Virus record (IMG/VR): IMGVR_UViG_3300025018_000091
Reading direction: 5' to 3' (one strand)
DNA from: a virus
Lineage: Duplodnaviria; Caudoviricetes
DNA: 64,000 nucleotides
Below the pieces are notes generated by a model that was not told where the DNA came from, searched no databases, and saw only the letters and a list, made by a program, of their open reading frames with translations. Position 1 is the stretch's first letter. The number at the start of each line of letters is the position of its first letter. Of the stretch, positions 53,207-61,032 are shown piece by piece. A program made the translations under genes and the position numbers.

Positions 53207-54175
53207 TTAATTATTTGATTCTATCAATGATAAAGTTTTTATTAACTCTTCTGTGTTATATGGATAGCTAATATCTAATATAACCTTTTGAGCGCCAGAA
53301 CCTTCAACACCTAAGTTTGGCATAACTATCTCATCCTTATTTTTAGATTTAGGAGCAATAGATATATCTTTTAAACCATGTATTGTTTCTACTTGTTTTG
53401 TACATCCTTTTAATGCATCTAATAAGGATATTGATATTGATGTTACAACATCTCGTCCTTCAAGAGTCAAGTTTTTATGAGGCTCTACATTAATAGTTAA
53501 ATGCGCATCAGTATACTGATCCATTCCCATCATATTACCTACGTAATTACCCATGCCGCTTAAACGAAGAATATTTCCAGATACAACACCACCGGGTATT
53601 TGTACTTGTACAGACACGTCTACTCCAATTGATCCTGAAGCGTTACATTTAATACATTCTTTTGTTTGAATAACGCCGCCACATTTATCACAAGTCTGTG
53701 TAAATATCATATTTCCTTGTTTTTTTGTAATAGTTCCTAAGCCATGACACTTATCACACCCATTATTAATGTGTTGTTCACCAAAACCATTACATTCATT
53801 ACATTTTGTAAGACGATAAAATGTAATATCTTTTTTACATCCAAGTACTGAATCTTTAAATAAAATTGTTGTTTCAGCGCTAATATTTCTAGGAATAGTT
53901 CTATAAACTGTTTGTCTTGCAAATGGATTAAAACCACCTCCAAATGGATTAAAACCACCTCCAAATGGATTAGCTGGTACTTCTCGATCTGTTCCTTTGC
54001 CTGATTGCACGCAACCATAGGCTTCATTAATCTTTTTGAATTTATCCTCAGCACCAGGCTCTTTATTTATATCTGGGTGATACTTTTTTGTAAGTTCACG
54101 ATATTTCTTCTTAGCCTCATCCTGTGAGGCACTTTGAGATAATTCTAAAATTGAATACGCTTCCTGTAAATTCAA
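53207..54175 (-). CDS. dnaJ: DnaJ co-chaperone (J domain, G/F region, Zn finger, CTD)
   Basis: KYHPDINKEPGAEDKFKKINEAY, NPFGGGF repeats, four CxxCxGxG-like motifs. Confidence 0.93.
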   Translation of the reverse strand: MNLQEAYSILELSQSASQDEAKKKYRELTKKYHPDINKEPGAEDKFKKINEAYGCVQSGKGTDREVPANPFGGGFNPFGGGFNPFARQTVYRTIPRNISAETTILFKDSVLGCKKDITFYRLTKCNECNGFGEQHINNGCDKCHGLGTITKKQGNMIFTQTCDKCGGVIQTKECIKCNASGSIGVDVSVQVQIPGGVVSGNILRLSGMGNYVGNMMGMDQYTDAHLTINVEPHKNLTLEGRDVVTSISISLLDALKGCTKQVETIHGLKDISIAPKSKNKDEIVMPNLGVEGSGAQKVILDISYPYNTEELIKTLSLIESNN

Positions 54176-54846
54176 CTTTTTGTACCTTTCTTACTTACTT
54201 TAACTACCCTGACAAATCTTCCTTTACCAGAAACGACACCACCAGGAGTAATTTTAGTGATTTTCTTCTTCTTGGTTGCCGCTGATTTCTTTGTCTTAAC
54301 CCTGCCGGTCAAAACAAATGCATAATATAAAGCAACAGATACACCATCTGCTGTATCATAACTTTCTTCAGTAATTTTTGCAATTTTGCTACGCTTATTG
54401 ATCTGGTACTCATAAGGAAATGTAATTCCTAAATGTTTTGCGACAAGCTCTGGCATTTCTTCTTTTTTAGGCAAAATTTTTCCTATTTTCAATCCATGCC
54501 TTATAGTCATAACATTGAATAATTCTGGTTTTTTCTTTAAATAATCATGAGCAAGTAAACATGTCATTCTATTAAAAGTAGTAAGCATAATAATTGTATC
54601 TGCTGTACTTTTACCTTTCATGAATTTTATAATATCTTCAATACCAATATAATCAGGTTTATGTTTTTTGATTATATCTAATATCTTATCTCTAGTATCA
54701 ACAATTCTATCTACTATATAACCGTCTTTAATTGGTTTAATATAGCCACAATCTAAAAGTTTAATCTCTTTTGTTTTATCATTTACAGATAAAGATGACC
54801 AGCCTATTGTGGTGCTTGATACGTCAAATCCTAATATTTTGCTCAT
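54172..54846 (-). CDS. ruvC: RuvC-like Holliday junction resolvase
   Basis: ILGFDVSSTTIGWS, IGIED, YDTADG acidic catalytic residues. Confidence 0.75.
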   Translation of the reverse strand: MSKILGFDVSSTTIGWSSLSVNDKTKEIKLLDCGYIKPIKDGYIVDRIVDTRDKILDIIKKHKPDYIGIEDIIKFMKGKSTADTIIMLTTFNRMTCLLAHDYLKKKPELFNVMTIRHGLKIGKILPKKEEMPELVAKHLGITFPYEYQINKRSKIAKITEESYDTADGVSVALYYAFVLTGRVKTKKSAATKKKKITKITPGGVVSGKGRFVRVVKVSKKGTKS

Positions 54847-54869
54847 ACGAAGTATATATCAGAAAAAAC

Positions 54870-54906
54870 AAAAGGGATCTAAAGTGATTAGCCTTAGATC
54901 CCTTTT
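54870..54906 (-). terminator. Terminator after the SSB gene
   Basis: aaaagggatctaa-N11-ttagatccctttt. Confidence 0.8.
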
Positions 54907-54924
54907 AATATTTTCTAAACTTAA

Positions 54925-55638
54925 TTAGCTAGCAGCTTGCTCGCCGTCATAAGCTGGAAATGATTCGTCTTCCTCATCCGACATACTTACTGGAGCTGGA
55001 GACGATTTAGGTGCGGTTTTAGCTTTAGCAGATTTTGTTTCTGGAGTAGCTTCTACTGCATCTCCGGTTACTCCATTGATTTTATCAATTCTCTTCTGCA
55101 CCATTTCTGGTGTAAATGGAGTAACTCTACGCTTTAGATCTTCAAAATCAACAGAATCTTTGATTTGCTGATCTGCAGCAGATAGTGGTTCTTTTGGAAT
55201 TGGTTGTACTGCATAATATCCAGTTGCTCCACCGTTCTTATCAACTACAACATCGATATCATACTTGGTAGGATCTCCCCAACGTGCTGTATTTCTTGCA
55301 TACTTTCTGATTTGAGAAAATACTGCGAATGAAATATCAAGAATCTTATATGTTCCAGTCTTACGACTAATTACACCAAGCAACCAACGGGGCTTAGCCT
55401 TATCACCAATAGCACATAAAGGACAAGAACCATGGACCGCCGAACAAGACACCTTTTGTCCATAACCAGGGTCGCCTTCCTTCTTATACTTATGAACTAA
55501 ATATTGAAAAGGTTGAGTTACGAGTCTCATTTCATTCGAGCCCTCGTCTAATCTCAAAAATAAATCTTTTGAATTCTTCTTCTCTGAGCCTGCGTATACG
55601 TCATCATTCCAAGAAACTTCACCAAATGTATTTGTCAT
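54925..55638 (-). CDS. T4 gp32-like single-stranded DNA-binding protein
   Basis: FLRLDEG...H...C...CPLC zinc site, W-GDP..YDI motif, acidic C-terminal tail; GGAG RBS. Confidence 0.75.
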   Translation of the reverse strand: MTNTFGEVSWNDDVYAGSEKKNSKDLFLRLDEGSNEMRLVTQPFQYLVHKYKKEGDPGYGQKVSCSAVHGSCPLCAIGDKAKPRWLLGVISRKTGTYKILDISFAVFSQIRKYARNTARWGDPTKYDIDVVVDKNGGATGYYAVQPIPKEPLSAADQQIKDSVDFEDLKRRVTPFTPEMVQKRIDKINGVTGDAVEATPETKSAKAKTAPKSSPAPVSMSDEEDESFPAYDGEQAAS

Positions 55639-55721
55639 TTTGATCTCCTAATGTTATTCTCTTTGTACATTATAGTACTTTTATCTATTTAACAATCGAC
55701 CTTTGTTTATCTCACTAACAC

Positions 55722-56045
55722 TTAACGTGTTACAAATCTCACATAACGAGTACGAGTATGATCAGTTGTTCTACCAAATTTTACACTAATACCCCTATTA
55801 CGTAGTCTGTTGACTACTCTATTTAAGACAATTCTCAACGCGCTAGGGGAACGCGGTAAGGTTGTCTTTTTTCCAAGATTCCTAACTAACTTATTATTCA
55901 AGTCAGTCATTGTTCCTGTCCAAACTTTATTTGTGTCAAGGACCTTCAAAACACCTTGTAAGATAGTGTTTTCCACATTATCTTTACTGTTTTTTTTCTT
56001 ACCTTTAGGTATCATTTTATCACCTACTTTAACAACTTTTTTCAC
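55722..56045 (-). CDS. Basic winged-helix-like DNA-binding protein (putative)
   Basis: WTGTMTDL...PRSPSALRIVL...LRNRGISVKFGR; strongly basic. Confidence 0.45.
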   Translation of the reverse strand: MKKVVKVGDKMIPKGKKKNSKDNVENTILQGVLKVLDTNKVWTGTMTDLNNKLVRNLGKKTTLPRSPSALRIVLNRVVNRLRNRGISVKFGRTTDHTRTRYVRFVTR

Positions 56046-56056
56046 TATTTTTGGCT

Positions 56057-56377
56057 TTATTTTGCCCTAAATACGAGGCTTCTTATGCTGCAAATTTTGT
56101 GCCACGGCAGCAACACTTCCAAAAATAACACCTTATCTGCCGATGTCAAGATCTCCATAAAAGAAGTTATTATCTTTTCCTCGGTCACGCCTTTTCCAGA
56201 AAATAAGCCCTTCGCCTGCACAAATCCGTTTAATAATTCTGGCTTCTCAAGAGTAATAAAATACTTTTTTGTCTTACCAGTATCCGGTTCTAATGTAATC
56301 AAATAGGAAGGTTTATTTATAATAGGGCTTCCCATTGGGACTCTATTTGATACACTTACTGCAATATCATTAGACAT
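56057..56377 (-). CDS. Hypothetical protein
   Basis: 106 aa directly downstream of recA. Confidence 0.55.
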   Translation of the reverse strand: MSNDIAVSVSNRVPMGSPIINKPSYLITLEPDTGKTKKYFITLEKPELLNGFVQAKGLFSGKGVTEEKIITSFMEILTSADKVLFLEVLLPWHKICSIRSLVFRAK

Positions 56378-56379
56378 AT

Positions 56380-57567
56380 TTATTCTCCCTTACTAGTCTT
56401 AGCTTTTTTCTTATCTACTAATTCTAATGTAGCTTCTGCACTAGAAACAACTTCATTTGTTTTTCTTAAAAGCTGTTCTTTTCTCTTTTGATCTAATTTA
56501 GCTTCACGAGCTAATCCTATTTTTTCTACCAACTCTTTAGCTAATACAGAGTCGTCTTTAATTCCATCACAGTATTTTCCAAAACCAACCCACTTCTTTC
56601 CATCATATTCATGAGATACATTTGATGTTTTAACAACTACATCGTAGTCTAGTGCTAATAGAGCAATTTCTTCGTGCTTATCGACAACGCCAACATCAAA
56701 ATTAACTTTAAATTCACATTTTCTTGGCCAAGGTCCAAACTTTGATTTTTCAATTGTTGCTCTTGTAATATGACCAATCTTATTCTCTTTTTCATCAACA
56801 ATCATAGCATCTTTTCTTTGAACAGCTTCAAAATAGATATTTGCACTTAAGAAATGTGCATATGTGTTTCCACCAGAAAATGTATGATCAGCACCATAAG
56901 GATCCATATTATCTTTCTTATGATTAATAATGATAAAAGGAACTTTAGCCTTATTAACTTCTAATGAAAGCTTACGGAATGTTGTTGTTAGAAATCTGGC
57001 TAACAACGACATATTCATTTTTCCAATTGCAGATGTATCTTCACCAGGAGGAATAATGGATCCTAAAGAGTCTAATACAATCATATTAACATTAAAAGTC
57101 CCATCAACAATCTTATCTAAGAAGCCTTCTTTAGATTTGCCTTTTAAGATATGCTTTGCATCTTCTTTAGGAACCCCAAGTAACATTTCAAAACATTTAC
57201 GACCATTTACTGCTAAATCACCTTCTACAAGAATTACTCTAGAAGTATCTACACCAATAACTTCAGCCCAACTTGGATCAAACGTTTGTTCAGCATCAAT
57301 AAACATTTGCTGAGCATCGGGGTCTTGTTGCTGCGCTTCATATATGGCAATCATTGCCATAAGTGTTTTACCAGAACCTGATGGACCATAATACTGAATT
57401 AATCTTCCTCTAGGCAAACCACCAGATGATAACGCATTATCTAATAATAAAGATCCTGTAGAAATAACTGGAACTTTTTCTCCAATTGTTTCATGAGCTA
57501 ATCTATAATCTAATTGTTCTTCAGAGTCAGAGTAACTCTTAAAAAAAGCATCTAATTTATTCGCCAT
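56380..57567 (-). CDS. recA: RecA/UvsX recombinase
   Basis: ISTGSLLLDNAL..GGLPRGRL..YGPSGSGKT, FIDAEQTFD, MIVLDSL, KSKFGP. Confidence 0.95.
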   Translation of the reverse strand: MANKLDAFFKSYSDSEEQLDYRLAHETIGEKVPVISTGSLLLDNALSSGGLPRGRLIQYYGPSGSGKTLMAMIAIYEAQQQDPDAQQMFIDAEQTFDPSWAEVIGVDTSRVILVEGDLAVNGRKCFEMLLGVPKEDAKHILKGKSKEGFLDKIVDGTFNVNMIVLDSLGSIIPPGEDTSAIGKMNMSLLARFLTTTFRKLSLEVNKAKVPFIIINHKKDNMDPYGADHTFSGGNTYAHFLSANIYFEAVQRKDAMIVDEKENKIGHITRATIEKSKFGPWPRKCEFKVNFDVGVVDKHEEIALLALDYDVVVKTSNVSHEYDGKKWVGFGKYCDGIKDDSVLAKELVEKIGLAREAKLDQKRKEQLLRKTNEVVSSAEATLELVDKKKAKTSKGE

Positions 57568-57579
57568 ATTTTTCTCCGA

Positions 57580-58089
57580 TCATTCGTAGCCTTCGGGCAC
57601 TTTTTCTTTATCTGTCGTATTGTTATATCCGAGGATCGTTTTACGCATACCGGCTGAAATATCTTTAAAATGATGATGACTTTTTATTAAAATGTCATAT
57701 TTTTTCTCTAATACTACTTTAGATGCTTTTGCCTTAGCTAATCTTATTTGTAATTCCTCAACAATTGGTGACGATTCTCCTGCCCATTTTTTCATTTCAG
57801 ATGTTGTTCTTAAGCCTTCTGGAGCCATATACTCCAGTGATACTTTATTCTTTGTACTATTTATCTTAGTTTCTAAATAACTAACGGTTTTAACTATTTT
57901 ACATAGATATTCACTTAATATATCTGCTCCTCTTAATGACTTTTGCTGCAATAACTCTGCATGAGCTAAATCATGAGCAGTTTCTTCTGCTAAACTTTGT
58001 AAAACTTCCTGTATATCAGTTAAATCAAATTGAAGAAAATCCTCTTCCATCTGATCTCCTAAAAAATCCTTAAGACTTACTTTATCCAT
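57580..58089 (-). CDS. UvsY-like recombination mediator (putative)
   Basis: 169-aa all-helical/coiled-coil protein immediately upstream of recA. Confidence 0.4.
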   Translation of the reverse strand: MDKVSLKDFLGDQMEEDFLQFDLTDIQEVLQSLAEETAHDLAHAELLQQKSLRGADILSEYLCKIVKTVSYLETKINSTKNKVSLEYMAPEGLRTTSEMKKWAGESSPIVEELQIRLAKAKASKVVLEKKYDILIKSHHHFKDISAGMRKTILGYNNTTDKEKVPEGYE

Positions 58090-58150
58090 AATTAACTTCC
58101 TCTACAATAATTGAATCTGCGAAACTTTTTCTCGACAAACGAAGTTTCTA

Positions 58151-58453
58151 TTATTTATCTTTAATTTTTTCACGAACCTCAGCAGATAACTCTTCTAATT
58201 GCTTATACATTAGTCTTATATGCTGCTGTTGCATAACTGCCATCAAAAATAAAAACACCTCAAAACTAGTCTTTCGTTTTGATGGCGGTTTTAGAAAGAT
58301 TATAATACCATTTTCATCTGTTTCAAATAAATCAATAAATAAATCTTCTCCCTTGTTTGTCAAACTTGTATAAGATGCAACTATTTTATTAAATAGTTGT
58401 ATCTCATCATATGTTAAATCAACGCGTTTATTATCAATTGCAATAAGAGGCAT
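58151..58453 (-). CDS. Hypothetical protein
   Basis: 100-aa co-oriented ORF. Confidence 0.55.
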   Translation of the reverse strand: MPLIAIDNKRVDLTYDEIQLFNKIVASYTSLTNKGEDLFIDLFETDENGIIIFLKPPSKRKTSFEVFLFLMAVMQQQHIRLMYKQLEELSAEVREKIKDK

Positions 58454-58465
58454 AATTATTTCCTA

Positions 58466-59305
58466 TTAACCTGATCGAGAAAATCCGCCTTTGCCTCGAT
58501 TTTCTCCTGATTCGAAGTTCTTATGAGAATTATATACCCTCTCATGCATTTGTTGTAATTTCATTAAATCCGCCGCGTTCGTAGTTCCTCCACCACGCTG
58601 AGCATTTTTATTTGCCATAGCTAAAACAACAGCAGGAATTTCATCATCATCTGATACTGACAACGAAGATGCAATATTAGATTCGCTTTCAGATATTAAC
58701 CCCTGCATCTCTGCAATTGCTTCCGGATCTGCTTGCTCCATCATTTCAGCACTAATAAATCCATTATTATCAGAAGTTATGGCAGATGACCCTGCCCTCT
58801 TAATTTGTTTCGCCATATTCTTAAGACGTTGAGTCTTCTCTGCCGCTGATTTGTCCCCATCGATATTGGGCTTAACGGCTTCGGCTCTTTTAAAGAAGGC
58901 TGATGTTCGTTCATCTGATTGTATTTTTTCCGCTATAACTTCTTCTTCTTCACCATTTTCATTCTTTACTTTAACTGTAAACTTACCATTTTCTACTACA
59001 TCTTTTTGTGGTTTTTTAGATTTAATATCGTCAGTAACTTGTTTAGCGAAATTTTCTAAAAACTCACCAGGTAAATATCTTGGCAAATCTTGAGAATCTG
59101 TTTTTATAAAACCATAATTTGATAAAAGCCAATCATAAAATTGATCTGGATAACTTAATAGCTCTTCAATTGTCGAACGTAAATCAGAGAATAAATCTTT
59201 TAATTTCTCTTCCATGACACTTTGACCACAAAATGGACAAACATTACTATCTATGGCATGTTTCCATTTAGGATTTATTTCTGATTCACAAGACATACAT
59301 TTCAT
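58466..59305 (-). CDS. Hypothetical protein with an N-terminal zinc ribbon
   Basis: MKCMSC...CPFCG. Confidence 0.6.
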   Translation of the reverse strand: MKCMSCESEINPKWKHAIDSNVCPFCGQSVMEEKLKDLFSDLRSTIEELLSYPDQFYDWLLSNYGFIKTDSQDLPRYLPGEFLENFAKQVTDDIKSKKPQKDVVENGKFTVKVKNENGEEEEVIAEKIQSDERTSAFFKRAEAVKPNIDGDKSAAEKTQRLKNMAKQIKRAGSSAITSDNNGFISAEMMEQADPEAIAEMQGLISESESNIASSLSVSDDDEIPAVVLAMANKNAQRGGGTTNAADLMKLQQMHERVYNSHKNFESGENRGKGGFSRSG

Positions 59306-59357
59306 TATTACAACCTTTATTAAACACTTATGCTATTTATATCAACAAAATAGGTAA

Positions 59358-60065
59358 TTAAACTCTTTTGAACGATCCTTTGAACTTAAGATCTTTGACT
59401 GGAGTTGTCTTTTCATGTTTCATCGCAGTCTTTTTAGATTTAGTTCTAACAACAGATTGCTTTTTTGTAGATTTAACTGCCTTTTTATTTAAATCTTTTT
59501 TAGCAGTTTCTATAATTTCGGATCGTGCATCTGCTCTTTCCTCAACAGTATCTAAAAGCAATAAGTTTCCTTCGGAAACAATAGGAAATTTATCTGTAAG
59601 ATCTTTCATTACAACGAAACCAAGATCTGTTACTTCATCAGGAACAACGCCAACAGTAACTTCCATTGATTGTGGTTTTTCTTCAACAGGAAGTGTTTTA
59701 TTTATATTCTTATACAAAATATGCTTTGTCTTATCTCTAAAAGAATCGGAAACCCATTTTGGAATGTAATGATTAAAATACGTACTTCTTCCACGAGTAC
59801 TACCAGAATTAGTTTGATCTAAAATAGTAATTAAATTTTCAACTACATTATTTGGTTTAATTTGTTTTACAAATGGATCTCTATCAGGATCTAATCCTTT
59901 AGCAACAATAACTCCTCTTACATAGTCTAAAAATTGAGGCATAATAAAATTCAGAATAAACTTTTCTTTTACACTCTCTAATTTATACTTAAGTTCTCTC
60001 TTTTTAAAATTGTACTTCATCTTCAGTCTATTCTTAAAACTATTCTTAACTACTATTGTTGGCAT
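59358..60065 (-). CDS. Hypothetical protein
   Basis: 235 aa with a basic C-terminus. Confidence 0.55.
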   Translation of the reverse strand: MPTIVVKNSFKNRLKMKYNFKKRELKYKLESVKEKFILNFIMPQFLDYVRGVIVAKGLDPDRDPFVKQIKPNNVVENLITILDQTNSGSTRGRSTYFNHYIPKWVSDSFRDKTKHILYKNINKTLPVEEKPQSMEVTVGVVPDEVTDLGFVVMKDLTDKFPIVSEGNLLLLDTVEERADARSEIIETAKKDLNKKAVKSTKKQSVVRTKSKKTAMKHEKTTPVKDLKFKGSFKRV

Positions 60066-60066
60066 T

Positions 60067-60939
60067 TTACTTCTTTCCTAAATTTTTAGTGGGCTTTCTA
60101 CCTCTACGACGTGGCTTTGGTTTGCTGTCCGTTTTAAATGTTTCTTTAGCAGATTCAATTTCTTTTTGCGTTGGCTTAAAAGCACCAGTTGGACCCATAG
60201 TTATTATATCAGAAACTTCTTCTATATCGTTAACAGAAGCGGCTGCTGATATTATAGAATTAGTAGATTCGGAAAGCGACAGGCTTCTGGAATTCAAATC
60301 TGTAGAACTGGTATAGTTGTGTGGAGTTGAATTCATTCGTTTAACTGGAATTCCAGCGCCCGTGCTTCCAATATTAGAAGTATATATATTCGAATCTAAT
60401 ACCCCCATAAGTTCTTGGTATAAATCTGAATCATCTTTATATTTCATTTCGGCGCAATCTACAATTTGTCCCCTACTATTAGAATATTTAGCAGAATTAT
60501 TCTCATCAAAACTAACTAATTTATCTAATTCATTTTCTTCTGTAACAAACATATTTGGTTTTGGTTTTTCACGCTTAGGGATAAATTGTTGAAAATGTTT
60601 TTGAATATCTTCTTCTTTTGGCTTATTCTTAGAGTACCTAGGAGAGTCTGTTCCAGAATTAAGCTTTAAAAAAAAATTTGACAAAATATATCCAGCAAAA
60701 TCTTCTATACTAGAATTATTATTTTTGAACTCTATAACTTTTTTTAAGATATGAGCAAAAACATCACCACTTTGTGTCCCAACAGTATTTGACATGGGCT
60801 GCTCCGATGTATCATCATCTACAATAATTGTACCAGAATCAGACTGGTAAGCTTTAACTGGTAGTTTGCCATCCTTAAACCATCTGTATGCGGTTAAGTA
60901 CGCTATGCCTTGTTTTCTTGCCCAATCTGCTAACTTCAT
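60067..60939 (-). CDS. IS607-TnpA-like MerR HTH fused to a non-recombinase domain
   Basis: MKLADWARKQGIAYLTAYRWFKDGKLP; GGAG RBS before 60939; no serine-recombinase YARVS motif. Confidence 0.7.
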   Translation of the reverse strand: MKLADWARKQGIAYLTAYRWFKDGKLPVKAYQSDSGTIIVDDDTSEQPMSNTVGTQSGDVFAHILKKVIEFKNNNSSIEDFAGYILSNFFLKLNSGTDSPRYSKNKPKEEDIQKHFQQFIPKREKPKPNMFVTEENELDKLVSFDENNSAKYSNSRGQIVDCAEMKYKDDSDLYQELMGVLDSNIYTSNIGSTGAGIPVKRMNSTPHNYTSSTDLNSRSLSLSESTNSIISAAASVNDIEEVSDIITMGPTGAFKPTQKEIESAKETFKTDSKPKPRRRGRKPTKNLGKK

Positions 60940-61032
60940 ATCTCTATTCTCCATTATGCATATACAAATAATATCAGATATATCATTTTCTATTTTAAAA
61001 AATAGTTTTATTTACTTCTAATATCTTATATA

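Noticed and set aside
53920-53972. 21-bp tandem repeat
   Set aside because: Encodes the ordinary NPFGGGF G/F linker of DnaJ.
60067-60954. Intact IS607 element
   Set aside because: No serine-recombinase catalytic domain, no TnpB and no terminal repeats.
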